In this document: piece by piece, positions 21,667 to 35,500 of the stretch | Layout: every line of letters starts with the position of its first letter | Position numbering within the stretch: position 1 is the first letter of the stretch | The notes under the pieces: model-generated | What the model saw: the letters and a program-made list of their open reading frames with translations, nothing else | What the model was told of the DNA's origin: nothing | Database searches by the model: none | Program-made: the position numbers and the translations under genes | Assembly: GCA_965112735.1 (NCBI GenBank) | Contig: OZ218950.1 | Coordinates: 2,170,001 to 2,234,000 of the forward strand | Length of the DNA: 64,000 bases | Source of the DNA: Phaeosaccion multiseriatum | Taxonomy: Eukaryota > Protista > Ochrophyta, other classes | Direction: 5' to 3'

Positions 21667-24600
21667 ATGTCGTCCCTCATGGAGATGATCCGCGGTAACA
21701 AAGGTTTGATGGTGAGTGCGGGCGGCGTGAGAGTCTTTGAAGGAGTGTGGTGATGCCCCTCTTTTGGTTGACACCCAGCCCTCATCCCAATGTCAATGGT
21801 ATTCTTCCTCCCTACGTATTTCTCAGCCCAATGCTCGCTGAACTGCCCACCAGACCCCCCCCCACCCGCAAGCGTCAATCCCCTTTGTCGGCCCTGAAAC
21901 CTCTGTATTCACCGCTCAAAGCCGCCGTTGCTCCTTCCTCCACTGTGGAGCTTCCCGCACCGCTCTCACTTGTTGTATACTGCAGAGTTTTCCATCCAGA
22001 GCCTCCCCATCTTCGTCCACCTGACCTCCTTCCCGCGATGCACCCCGGCATTTGCTGAAAAACAAGCCTCAGAGCCTTTCGCCACACCCTCACCCTTTCT
22101 TGTCGCATCCCCATGGCATGGTGATTAGTCAGCCCCCCTCCCCTTCTTACCGCTTGTCTTTTCTATTCCCCTCTTGCACCGCGCACGACGGTCCCTTTCA
22201 CCAGAAACTGTACGCCAAGGGCATTACAGACGGTATCGCCGGCATGAGCTCCGAAGCCTTCGTCGAGATGACGCTGGGAGACGCCCAAAAAGCCGCCGCC
22301 GTGCTCCGCCAAGTGGAGAGCAACGCGGCTTCTTCTCCTCCCGACGCAACCGGAACGCTGCGCCAACAAGTGCTCGCACAGGAGCGGCGCAGAGAGGAGG
22401 AGCAGCAGCAGCAGCGGCGCAGAGAGGAGGAGGAGGAGCAGCAGCGGCAACAAGCAGAGGCGGAGGCTGCGGCTAGACAGCGCGAGGAGCAGCAGCGGCA
22501 GCAGCAGCTGGAGGAGCAGGCTGCGATTCAGTGGCAGCAGCAGCAGGCGCAGCAGCAGCAGCAGCAGGCGGCGATTCAGTGGCAGCAGCAGCAGGCCCAG
22601 CAGCAGCAGCAGGCGGCCCTGCAGGAGGCAGTACGTCGGCAACATGAGCAGGCGCAGATGTTCGCTCAGCAGGGGGCAGCTCAGCAGCAAGGCCATCAGC
22701 TCGCTCCGCTCGAGGCGATGCAACAGCAGCAGCAGCAGCAGCTGACACAGTACCAAACCAACGGTGTCACTCAGCAGCAATTTGTAAGTGCAACCTTTAG
22801 TACCATCGGGGGGGGAGGGCAGGAGGAGGAGGGGAGATATGTCTTACTACTGGGGGGGGGGCAGGAGGAGGAGGTCTGTCCTTCTACTACCCCCCTCTTC
22901 CTCCTCCTCACTCACCTTCTTCTACTCCTCCTTCTCCTCATCATCCTCCTCCTCTCATCCTCCTCCTCGTCCTCCCTCATCCCTCCTCCTCCTCCTCGCC
23001 TCTGTACAGCTGCACCAGCAGCAGCAACAGGGGCAGGTGACAGCAGCAGCCCCAGAGGTGGTGGACACCGGAGTGGAAGACGACTTCGATGACGCCGTTG
23101 ATGAAGTAAGAGAGATAAAGGGAGAGGGGTCGTTTTGGTTCACCGCGCCTGCTCCTCCTCTGCTGCTCCCGTATGCTCTGAAGCACTTGAGCTGTTTCTC
23201 CCCCTCCCCCGCGTGTGTGCTGACCGAGCTTCCCCTGCCCTTCCCTCCCCGTTTCGGTTTCGGTGTTGCCCTCCCTGTCTGCTCAGGTCTCCTTCACCGT
23301 GTACAAGCCCTTGCGGCTCGGATACGGCAAGCCGCACCCCGACCTTGTCGTTGAGAATGACTCCCTGGCCGCAGTTGACCCCCCAGCGGTGAGAGAATAG
23401 AGGGCGGAGAAAGAAGGCACTGAGGGCGGCTCCAGTCTATCGAGAGGGGTGGGAGGAGTGGGGGCGACAGGGAACACGGAGTGCGAGCAAAGAGCCGGGG
23501 AGGGAGGCGGCGGCGGGGGGCGGGGCTGGTGTTGCCGTCTCGTCCCCTGTGACACTCTTGAGTGGACAATGCCGACTGAACTTGCGCTCTGCTGCTCTCC
23601 TCCGCCACGACTGCCTCGATGTGCCCCCCGCCCCCCCCCGTCTTGTCTTGCTGAACGCAGGTGTGGTACCCGCTCAAGCTGAGGCAATTGAAAGGGGAGA
23701 GGGACATTGTGGGGCAAGGCAAGCTCAGCGCCCTCCAGCTCGAGTCCATTGTGTACGCCTGTCAGCAGCACGAGATGAAGCTGCCCAACGGACAGAGGGC
23801 AGGTTTCTTTGTTGGCGATGGCGCAGGTCAGTCAGTCAGTCAGTCAGTGAGTCAGTCCACGCATGTGTACAGTCAGTGCGAGTCCTCAGTGGTCAGGGCA
23901 AGTGGTTGAGCCCTGCCTTCAGAGTGTCGGAGTCTGTCTAGGCGTCGAGACGGCCCCACGGCTCCTCATCTTGTGGCCCCATTCACCCCCCAAAACACTC
24001 AAAACTCCCCTCTCCCCTGTCCGTTGCGATGGTTGTCCGTCCGGTTCGCCCTCGCCTCTCTTGTTCCATCGAGCAGGAGTGGGGAAGGGCCGTCAGTTGG
24101 CAGGGTTGATGATGGAGAACTGGCTGAGGGGAAGGAGGCGCCACATCTGGATAAGCGTAGGGACAGACCTTGCCTTCGACGCCAGGAGGGATCTTGACGA
24201 CATTGGGGCAGGGGATCCGGACGAGTCGGACGAGGAAGAGGAGGGGGACTCTGATGAAAGTGACGCGAGCAGCGTGCCCAGTCGAGGCCGTCCTGTGCCG
24301 AGGAGGCAGAAGAAGAAGGGGGAGAGTGACGACGACGACGACGACGAGGAGGAGGAGGGGGACGACTTGTTCATACCGAGCTACAGCCTGCACAAACTAC
24401 CCTACGGCAACATTAGCCAGGGCGACGGCCTCATGTTTCTCACCTACGCCTCGCTCGTGGCCAAGAAGAAGACGAGCAAGGGAAGCCGGCTCAAGCAGCT
24501 GCTGCGGTGGTGCGGGGGCAAGGACTTTGACGGGTGCCTGCTCTTTGACGAGTGCCACAAGGCCAAGAACCTCTACACGGCAGCAGGGGGTGTGGCTACC

Positions 24601-27294
24601 AAGGCTGGAGCTGCGGTCCTGGAGCTGCAGGACCTGTTGCCCAATGCGCGGGTGGTGTACTGCAGCGCCACTGGAGCTTCGGAGCCACGCAACTTGGGCT
24701 ACATGAGTCGTTTAGGGCTGTGGGGAGCCGGTACGCCGTACCCCAACGGCTTCCTGCCCTTTCTCCAGAACGTGGAGTCCCACGGGGTGGGTGCCATGGA
24801 GATGGTGGCTATGCATCTCAAGAAGGTGGGCGCCTTTGTGTGTCGAACGCTGAGCTTTGCAGGCTGCGCTTTTGAGCTGGTGAATGACCCACTTCCAGAG
24901 GGCATGCAAGAGACATACGACGGCGCAGTGTCGCTGTGGCAGAGGCTGCGTAGGGAGCTGGAGCATGCCATGAAGGATAGGGAGAAATTCCTGGAGACCC
25001 ACGGGGAGGAAATTGAGGTATCGTCCTCCGACGACGGCCTGTGCAGCGACTCGGACCTGGACGACGAAGTGGTGCAGAGGAGACGCGCCAGAGACGCTGC
25101 CCCAGGGGAGATTTGGAGGTATTTTTGGGGGTCTCACCAGCGCTTCTTTCGAGACTTGTGCATCGCCAGTAAGGTGCCCTCGGCCATTACGCAGGCCCAG
25201 GCTGCGCTGGCTCAGGGGCGGTGTGTGGTGATTGGGCTGCAGTCCACGGGTGAGGCTGCCATGATGGGGGCGGTGAAGGACGGGAAGGAGCTGGATGACT
25301 TTGTGTCGGCGCCGTCCGTCACGCTGGAGCGGGTCATCGAGAAGTGCTTCCCCTTGCCGCCCATGCCCCAGGCGCTGCGAATAAAGAGGGAGGAGGCACG
25401 GAAGGACGCGGCGCTCGCCAAGTGGATGCACATGGAAGCCATGCGGGAGGCGAAGGGTGGCAGGGAGGCGGGGAAGCGCAAGTCCAAAGCGAGAGGGAAG
25501 GGCTTCAATTTCAAGGAGCCCAAGGATCTCCAAGACGACGATGACGAGGATGAGGATGAGGAGGATGAGGATGATGATGAGAGCGAGAGCAACGATGGCG
25601 ATGATGGGGAGGAGGATGACGAGACTGAGGAGGAGGTGGAGGAGGACGGGCTGGTGGACTTGGTCGACTCAGATGACGAAGACAAGGGGGCTTCGGGGGC
25701 CAAGCGGAAGCGAGGGGGCAGTCGGAAGTGCAAAGTGAAGAGTGACAAGAATGGAGCAAAGACAGCTGCTTCTTCTCGGCCCAATGGTGTTGGCAAGGGG
25801 AAGGCGAAGGGCAGGGCGCCTCCTGCAGCAAAGAAGGCGAAGGGCGGGTCTGCAAAGGGGCCGACGAAGAAGAAGAGGAAGCTGACGAAGGCCTCGAAGG
25901 GTGGAAGCGACTCGGAGGATTCTGTCTTTCTCATTGATGATGATGACGACGAGGAGGAGGAGGATGACGGCAAGGGCAAGGGCAAGGGCAAGAAGCATGG
26001 GAAGGGAAAGGAGGAGGAGGAGGAGGAAGAGGAAGTCGGCAAGGAGAAGCTGAGCCCCGAAGAAGAGAAGCGCAGGGCCGAGGAGAGGGCCAGGGTGAGG
26101 GCAGAGAAGGAGGCGGAGAGGAAGCGTCGGCTCGCGGAGGAGGCAGAGCGGGAGAGGATCAGAGACGAGAAGCAGACGGAGCGTTTCGAGGTCATCACAA
26201 ACCTCCGGGAGCGTCTCTTTGAAGAGGCGAGGCACATCGTGCTGCCCGGTAACCCCCTGGACACCATGATTAGCGAGCTGGGCGGGTCCGACAAGGTGGC
26301 TGAAATGACGGGGAGGAAGGGGCGACTTGTCAAGGCCGAGGACGGACAGGTCACGTACGAGGCTCGCAACTCCAACGGCGTCAGCTTGGAGATGCAGAAC
26401 ATTCACGAGAAGGACTGCTTCATGGCGGGCAAGAAGCTTGTTGCCATCATCAGTGAGGCGGCCAGCGCGGGCATCTCGCTGCAGGCCGACCGGAGGGCGA
26501 GGAATCAGCGCCGTCGCGTGCACCTCACCCTCGAGCTCCCCTGGAGCGCTGACAAGGCTGTGCAGCAGCTGGGGAGGTCGCACCGATCGAATCAGTCGTC
26601 CGCACCTCTGTACAAGCTGCTCATTAGCAAGATCGGGGGTGAGCTGAGGTTTGCCGCGGCCGTGTCCAAGCGACTGGAGAGCTTGGGTGCGCTCACGCAG
26701 GGCGACCGGCGAGCGACGGTGGGGGCAAGAGGCATGGCCGACCCGTCCTTCAACGTAGACAACAAGTACGGGAGGAAGGCACTGGAGGGTGTCAACTGCC
26801 TCCTCTTGGGCCGGGACACGCGGCTTGGGGTGGACATGGCCATTCCCCCCTTCGAAGACGAGGAGGAGGGCGAGAAGAGCATGCAGCTCCTGTACGATGA
26901 GATGGACAGGGACAATGTGTTTCGAGAGGAGAATCGCGCCAAGATGTACATGATCCCTTACGTGGCGCCGGCCCCTGTGGAGCGCGTGCCGGGGCAGAGG
27001 GCATCTCCGCAAGAGGCCATGTTGGCCTGGCTCTACGAAGTTGGACTCGATCTCAGAGGGGCTATCGGAGGGCGTCAGGAGCTGAAAAAGGTTCGTCAAA
27101 AAGAGAGTGGAATGTGGAAAGTAGTGGGGGGTTGGGCGGCGGACATGGAGGGGTGGGGAAAAGTTTTGAGGGTGTGTGTGTTTCGTCACCCCCACCTGCT
27201 GCTCAGTTCTATGCTCGACCTTTCGCCCTTTGTATGTATACCTCACCGTTGACCTCATGGGTGGACGATGGTGTAACTGGACCACACCTTCGCT

Positions 27295-27330
<36 letters not shown>

Positions 27331-30304
27331 GTGCCGCTGCTGGTGCCGCTGCTGTATCGCCAACTGCTGCTATTGCTCCTGCTGCTGCTACTGTTCCTCT
27401 GTTCCCTCTGACCCTTGCTCAGCTCAAGGAGCTGGCTGACGTGGGCAGATTTCTCAACCGGCTCCTCGGACTCGAGTAAGTACTGTTTCTAGACTTGCCT
27501 CTAGCGGGCAGGCCGTCTGACTTGTGTGTTGAGTGTTTTGACGCTGTGTGTTGGTGAGGTGAAGTGACGCCCCCCTCTTGGTCTTCTGTGCTTGCCTCTC
27601 CTCTCCACCTCTGGACGTTCCTCCACGCCCACCTCTTGTTCCTCCATGTCAAGCTCCTCTAAACGTTCTTCTCTCCCTGCTTCCACCCCTCTCCTCTCTC
27701 CCGCCTCTCCCACCTTCTCTCCCCCTCTCACGCCCTCTCCCACCTCCCTCTCTCCTGTCTCTCACTCTCCCGTCTCTCTCTCTCTCTCTCCTTCTCCCCT
27801 GTCGCCCTCCCTCTGTGCAACTAACTCACTGTAGGCTCGGAAGGCAGGACATGCTTTTCAAGCTTTTCAGCGACATGCTCAACGCCCTCGTGCAAAAAGC
27901 CCGACGGGAAGGCACCTACGACGAGGGGATCTGCGAGCTGAAGGGACGAGTAATCGCGTTTGAGGGGGAGCCCGAAAAGCTGGGCAAGACGACGGCGCCA
28001 GCGGAGAACGAGAAGGACAAGGAGGAGGAGAAGGAGAAGGCCAACAGCAAGGGAAAGGGCAAGGCAGAGGAGGAGGACGAGTACGCTGTCAAGGCCCCCA
28101 AGGACTACGGAAAGGCCGTTGCGAGCATGTACACCGTATCGGTGGACAGAGGAGTGTCCTTTGAGGTGGGCAAGGCCATGCTGGCCACTGCGCACAAGCA
28201 GGCGCAGACGGTGCGAGACACGCTGGAAGCACGCGCTCAGGATCTTGACGCCGAAGTGAGAGATGACGGGGAGGACTCGGACGACGGCGGCAAGAGTGCG
28301 TGGCAGCGCAAGAAGGAGAGGCAGAAGGACCGGCGCCTCCGAGAGAAGCTGGATCAGCGAGTGGACGGCTATTGGCTCTCCAAAAGGGCCTTTGCGGGGC
28401 GTGACGGTTACAGACTCAGGATCCTCTTGGCTTTGGAGAAGGACCTCAGCATGAGAGCGAGTGGCTGGGAGCGGATCCGCATCTTCCGGCCGCAGACGGG
28501 GGCCAACGACTACAACAGGCCGCTACTGAAGGAGAAGTACCACCGGGTGGACGAGGCTACAGCGATGGAGCACTGGGAGGCTGAGTTCAGGACAGAGGTG
28601 AGTGAGTCATGAAGGCTTCTGTGTTGGCGAGGTGATTTTTTTTTTTGTATACATGCTTCTGAGAACCTTCCGAGGTCTTGTCTTGTAGCCCTCCCTGCCT
28701 ACCTGTCTGCCGACCTGCCTGCCTACCTACCTCCCCACGCATTTGCGTCCCGAGAGCTTTGGGTGCCTGGGTACCTAAGCTGGCTGGTCGCACATTAGCT
28801 GCTGCTGCTGCTGCTGCTGCTGCCGGGTGTGTGTGGGGCATACATTCACATCTCATTCCCTCTTCTGTCCTCTCTCCTTCTTTTCTTTCACGTGTTCTTT
28901 TTTTTTCATCTCTCCCAGGAAGAGAAGAGCGTTCGCTTCCAGAGGCATCTCATCCTGGCGGGAAGCGTGTTGCCGCTGTGGCCGAAGGTTTCCGAGGCTC
29001 TCCGTCGGCATGGAGCCAACAACTCCGAGACCCGACTCCGCATCGTGCGGGCGGTCGAGAAGAGAGAGGACGACGTCGTGAAAAAGGAAGAAGACCTGGC
29101 CAGAGCTGCGGCAGATGCTGCCGCGAACATTGACGCGACTGCAGACAACGAGGCTGCAGTGAGGGAGGATATGGAAAGGGCCAAGAAAGCGGAGGAGAAG
29201 CTTAAGGCAGCGAAGGCGAAGGTTGAGAAGGCCAAGCAAGATGCCAAGGAGGCGAGGGAGAAGAAGAGGAAGGAGGCCCGGGAGAAGAAGGAGCGAGAGA
29301 AGCAGGCCAAGAAGGATGCAAAGGAGGAGAAGAACAAGGCCAAGAACAAGGGCAAGAAGGAGGAGGGTGGAGAGAATGGTATGGATCTCGTGGACACGGA
29401 TGGAGAGGAGGAGGAAAAGGCGGACAAGGGGAAAGGTGAGAGAGGTCGTGCGCTCAGGAAGGGGAAGAAGGAGAAGGAAGAAGAAGAGGAGGAGGAGAAA
29501 GCTGCTGCTGACGAAGTTGCCGAGGACGACGACGTGGAGATTGTGGTTGTGGAAGCGGAGGAGAAGAAAGACAAGAAGAGCAAGGGGAAGGGGAACGGGA
29601 AGGGGAAAGGCGGTGATGAAGCAACAGTTTCAGACGACGACATTGAGATTGTGGAAGCTGGATCGGAGGAGAAGACAGACAGGACAGACAAGGGCAAGAG
29701 AAAAGAGAAGAAGAAGAGGGGGAAGGAGGACGAGGAGGAGGAAGAAGAGGAGGAGGGGGAGTTCGGCAGCGAGGAGGAAGGCGAAGAGGGAGAGACTGCC
29801 TGTTTCGTGTGCAACAAGAATGACAACCCCGACAGCATACTACTGTGCGACAGCTGCCCCAAGGAGTTCCACATGTACTGTCTCAAGCCCAAGGTCAAGA
29901 AGGTTCCTAAGGGGGATTGGGTGTGTCCGGAGTGTAAGGCAGAGGGGGTGGACGCTGCTGCGGTGGTCGGCTCCAGCAGCGAGGAGGAGGAGGAGGAGAG
30001 CAGCAACAGCGACAGTGGCAAGCGTGGCAGGGGGAAGAGGGATAAGAAGGGCAAAGGGAAGAATCAGCAGAAGAAGAGGAGGAGGAGTGACGATGATGAT
30101 GATGATGATGAGGCCAGCGACGAAGAAGAAGAAGTGAGTCTGGAGGAGGCCATTGCTCAGGGGGAGGCTGCGGCTGCGGATGGGGAGGTGGGTAGCTTGG
30201 ACGCCCTCAAGGACAAGCCCATTCGGTGTGTGATCGGGATGATGGTCCACGCACGGTACAAGGATGTCGTTAGAAGGGCGCTCCTGGACGAGGAGGAGAA
30301 CTGA
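21667..30304 (+). CDS. SBNO1: Strawberry notch / FORGETTER1-like helicase-related protein with PHD finger
   Basis: Exons ~22205-22782, 23030-23105, 23287-23388, 23661-23827, 24077-27090, 27423-27475, 27835-28597, 28919-30304; the first exons (from 21667) are uncertain. Motifs [98 protein letters not shown]; C4HC3 PHD at ~29800-29935. Confidence 0.95.
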
Positions 30305-30329
30305 AGAGGGGGGAGAGACGGGAGGGAGG

Positions 30330-30365
<36 letters not shown>

Positions 30366-30850
30366 GGGGGAGAGAGGGAGGGGGGTGGAGAGAACTTTTG
30401 TCCTAGTGTGTTGAACATGCACATTTGTCCACCATGGCCGAAGGGAAGGTCAACACACAGGGAGAGAGAAGGAAAGGGCGAAGGCCAGCCTTCGAAGGCT
30501 CTCGACACGCACTGGTTGGGGCAATGTGCTGGAGATTTGGAGCCCTACATGAGGGCTTCTGTCCGGCCTTTTAGCCTCTCTGATGGGTCCGGAGGGCACG
30601 AGGAGTTTTTGATATAGAAGAAGGAAGGGGATGCCTAATCGAGAATCATCTGCGCGGGGTGCTTGACTCCGCATTTTGAAAAAGCCGCATTCCGGTACGA
30701 TCAAAGTATAAGCAATTGTATATTGCCTCTCTTCCTTCATACTTCTTCCAACATATGCCAGACCCGTCTCCTCCTCCTCCTCCTCCTCCTCCTCCTCCTC
30801 CTCCTCCTCCTCCTCCTCCTCCTCCTCCACGTGGTCGTCCTCTCTTCACT

Positions 30851-32495
30851 TCACATAACGTATCTGGATGGGGTTGGGGAAGGCCTCAAGAAGCACACGG
30901 GGGCCCTCTGAGCGCGCACTCCGATACGCCTCCATCTCTGCGTCTGTAAGCAGACACGTGTCGAGCCCTCGGGTGATGGCGTCTTGAACCACTTGATCGC
31001 GCACGCCCATACCAATGAACACAATCTCTTGTCTACGGTCTCCTTCTCCTTCGTTGTCCTTACCGAAGTCCTCCTTAATGAGTTCTGACTGCCCCTCGGG
31101 CCATGACTCGGGCGGAACACTCGCCCACCACCGGCCGAGACATTGCACCTCATGATGCCGACCTAAGGGGACAAGGGAGGGGAGCGGTAACGTGGGTGGG
31201 GAGGGAGGGGAGGGACGCAGTCGATGAGGTGTGAGTGAGGCGGGTGAGGGAGGGTGGTGAAGGGTAGGTAGATGGGTAGGTAGGTAGGTAGGTAGGTAGG
31301 TAGGTAGGTAGGTAGGTAGGTCGCTAGGTTTGTGGATGGGTTGGTATGTAGGTAGGTAGGTAGGTAGGTAGGTAGGTAGGTAGGTAGGTAGAGAGGTAGA
31401 GAGGTAGGTAGGCAATTAGGTAGGTGGACGGCTAAGGGTAGGCCAAGAGAGAGGCAGGGCTTGGTAGAACACGAAAAAAGGGGAGAAGAAGTATCGGATC
31501 AATCAATCATCGCTCAGCATCCTTGGCCGCCTTGCTCTTCCGCCCCTGGACACACACACACACACACACCCATGCACACGCACACACGCATACACATGCA
31601 CATACACACACGCACACCACACACCACATACACATACACACACATAATACACACGCACACACACACACACACATACACACACATACACACACGCACATCC
31701 ACCCACCTGCATGAGACCAGTAAAAGGCGGCCACATCGCTGTGAGCCATCCACATAAAACCCTTTGAGCGCACCACTCTGCTCAGCGCCTGGCGCATCTC
31801 TCCTGCCGCCCCTCCTCCTCCTCCTCCTGCTGCTGCTGCTGCTCCTGCTGCTCCTCCCTGCTCCTTCCCCGCGGCGGCTGCTACAGCAGTCGACACCGGC
31901 ATGTCCTGGAGAAGCGTCTGGAGCCGCTGAGGGTGGAAGGGTCTTCGTTGTTTGTATACGAAATTCGTAATCCCGAATTTTGTCTCTGCTGTGGTGGCCT
32001 CTGGTCCCTGGCTGCTGTGGCTGTGGCTATGGCATTGACCGCCGTGACTACTACCATCGCCACTAATACTACTACTAGTACTACTGGAAGTTGTAGTAGT
32101 AGTAGTACTAGTAGTAGTGCTACTACTACTCCTGCTGCTGCACGCGCTGCAGTCAGTCTCATCCTCTCCGTGTGCGTGGCTATGCCCTTCGTGGCTGCTG
32201 TGCCCCTCGTCCACTGCCTTCTCCTTCTCTCCGCACCCCCCCTCCTCCTCGTGATGATCATGGTGGCTGTGACTGTGCTCCTCCTGACACACAGCACAGT
32301 CCGGATCGAACGCCACAGCGCCGCCACGCCCCTCCCCACCCGCCTTACCCTCCTTTGCCTCCCCTTGCTGTTCTTGCATTGCCATGCTCAAAGCGCTCTC
32401 CATGGTCTCTTTGTGGTCGTCAATGGCGCCGAACTCAGCCACGCCTTCGCCGTTCATTACCCCCAGCACCTGTGTACGAAAGCAGTAGTAGGAGC

Positions 32496-32554
<59 letters not shown>

Positions 32555-32555
32555 C

Positions 32556-32590
<35 letters not shown>

Positions 32591-35500
32591 GAGGAGGAGG
32601 AGGAGGAAGAGGGGGAGGGATGGTCGATGCATGTAATTTCTCCATGAGCTGACTAGTCCACCAGTAGTCGAGCACAGCCAGTCCTCTCCCTCGCCTCGGA
32701 AGCAAAGAGATTAAGCACATAAACGGATCATCCACCCATACACTTACCCCCCAACCCCTCCTACTCATCCACCTACACCACCCACGCACGCACCCACGCA
32801 CGCACCCACGCACGCACCCACGCACGCACGCACTCACCTCGTAGATCGAGGCCTGTCCAAACTCGCACTCAATCTTCGATGCCTTGGGATTGAGCGCGTT
32901 GATAATCTTGCGCAACAGACTCATGTTGTCATCTGTGACGAGATCTGCCTTGTTTAGCACCACCACGTCAGCGCACTCCACCTGAGGGGGAGGGAGGGAG
33001 GGAGGGGCAGGCGGCACAGCAACAAGTGCAAAGGTTGTGGTTCAGTTTCGGTTTCAGTTTCTGCTTCCAGGATTCAGGGTTCAGGGGGGCATAGGATGGG
33101 CCCCCACCCAGTCAGGAGAGGGGAGGGGAGGCGGCCAACAAGACCTGAACATGAAGGACACGAAGGATGGCTCTCAGGGAGGGTGAAGGGAGTCCCGCCG
33201 TCGCCTTTCCCTCTCCCTTCCCCTGCCCTCCTCGGCGGTACCCTACCCCCCCTAACCCCCTGGCCTCTCCCTCGTGCAAGCAGCCACCATCAATGCTCCT
33301 AACCCCCCCCCCCCCCCCCCCCGCGGCCCTCACCTGCTCAACAAGTAGATCGACCACTGCCCTCTGAGCGCTTCCATCGTCCATACTTTGTTGGAAGGCG
33401 TCACTTTGTCCCCGCACGCCGCTCACCCCCCCCTCGGCTGTCAGGGCATTGGCGCCTCCGTCCGGCGCAATCCCGCCGAGATCCTAAGAGAGAGAAGAGA
33501 GGAGTCAGTCAGTCAGCTAGAGAGAGGTCGCCAGCCGTCAGTCAGCCGGTTGAAATCGTGTTTGCTGCTCCTCCGCCAGCACTGAGCCAGTAGGCAAGGG
33601 AAGCAAACATACACACACGCCCGCACGCTCGCACGTCCGCGCCCCCCCCCCCCCCCTCGACCGTTCCACAGAACGCGCACGGACCGTTCTTTGCATCATG
33701 ACGTCATTGGACGTGAAGGCGTCGAGGAACTCTCCGCAGTCGACAACTGTGACCATGGTGTCAAGCCTCACGAGGTCCATTAAGGCGTTGCCATACGACT
33801 CCGCGTCCTGAAGGAAAGGAAGGACACATCGACATACATACACACATATACACACAGAGAGTGTTGTGTGTGTGTGAGTAGACAAGAGAGAGAAGCAGAG
33901 AGAGAGGGAGTGAGTAGAGAGAGAGAGAAAGAGAGAGACACAGAGAGGGAGAAAGAAAGAGAGAGAGAGTAAGTGTGTGAGAGAGAGAGAGAGAGAGGGA
34001 GAAAGGGAGTAGATAGAAAGAGAGTAGATAGAGAGAGAGAGACAGAGAGAGGTAGATAGAGAGAGAATAAAGAGATAGAGAGATAGAGAGAGAGAGTGAG
34101 TAGAGAGAGTGAGAGAGAGAGTAGAGAGAGAGAGTAGATAGAGAGAGAGAGTGAGTAGATAGAGAGAGACAGAGAGAGAGAGCAGACAGAGAGAGAGTGA
34201 GTAGAGTGAATGAGTGAGAGAGAGAGAGAGAGAGAGAGATCGAAAGAGAGAGGAACAGAGCAGCACAAACGTTGGCACGTGTGGTGCAAATGTGATTTGC
34301 GAAGGTGAGAAAGACAATACTGTGTGTCACCCCCCCCCATCCCCCCCTCCCCCCCCCCCCCGGGGCCGCTATTTGGGCCCCCAATCGAATCCCCTTCCAT
34401 CCAATATCCCACTTGATCTGTCGCGTCCGTGTCAGCTCTCCGCGCCGGGGCTTCCCCCCACACACCTGAAACGTGCTTCGTACAGCCTTGGGCTCCGTGA
34501 TTCCTGCACACACACACGATGATAGCAGTGGATGGCAGTGGATGGTAGTGGATGGTAAAGCACACAGTCACGGAAGCCCAACGTAACAGGGAGGCAGCGG
34601 CACAACACGAGGTTTTGAAGAAGTGAGTTTGTTACTGTAGTGAGGCGACACAAAAAAATCCCAACGAGACGGGAAAAAGGAGAGGAGAGGAGGAAGAAAA
34701 GTAAAGTTGAAAAGCGCATTGCAGGCCCAGGGGTGTGACTGAGCGCCACATCACACAACAGGATCAGTAAGTCAGTTGAAGCGCCAGCAGGAGGACACCG
34801 AAGAGTCGCGCCAGGACACCACAGAGGAGTGGGCAGGGCAGGACTGCTTCTCAAGTCGGACAAGACGAGGGAATGAGGGCATTCATTCCCTGGCATCGTG
34901 CGTAAGCTCGTAGGTCGCAACTCGTACCTCTCTCCCCCCCCCTCTCTCATGCCTCTCTCACGCTACCTTTCCCCTCTTGTTTGGTACGTTGAGAGAGTTG
35001 CTGGGTAGGACTCACCGCTGGCTTCGATGACAATGTGGTTGTAGGTATTGCCCCTGGAGGTGGCGAGCTCGACGAGTTGGAAAAGAGACACAAACAGCTC
35101 CTCCGACATGGTGCAGCACACGCATCCGTTCTGTGACACGCACGCACACACACAGAGAGAGGGAGAGAGAGCAGAGGGAGAGAGGGAGGAGAGAGGAGAG
35201 TAAAGAGAGAGAGCGTAGAGGGAGGGAGAGGAAGTCAGTGCGAGAGAGGGAGAGGGAGGGAGGGAGGGAGGGGGAGGGGGGGAGGGGGGGAGGCAGAGCG
35301 AGAGCGAAAGAGGGGGGGAAAGAGGGAGAAAGAGAGCGTGGCCAGGCACAGACAAAGACACATGAGCTGAAGCGGCAATCGAACTGCAATCTCATCACTA
35401 CGATCTTACTCATACCACCCTTCTCTCTGTCTTCTCTCACCTGCAGCTCCACGGTGGGAGGAAGGTCCTCCATGGGGTTGTCCGTGTCCCCCGGGTCGCC

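Noticed and set aside
25212-27363. Long antisense ORFs opposite SBNO (also opposite the Sec7 and cyclin genes)
   Set aside because: Shadow ORFs of GC-rich coding sequence.
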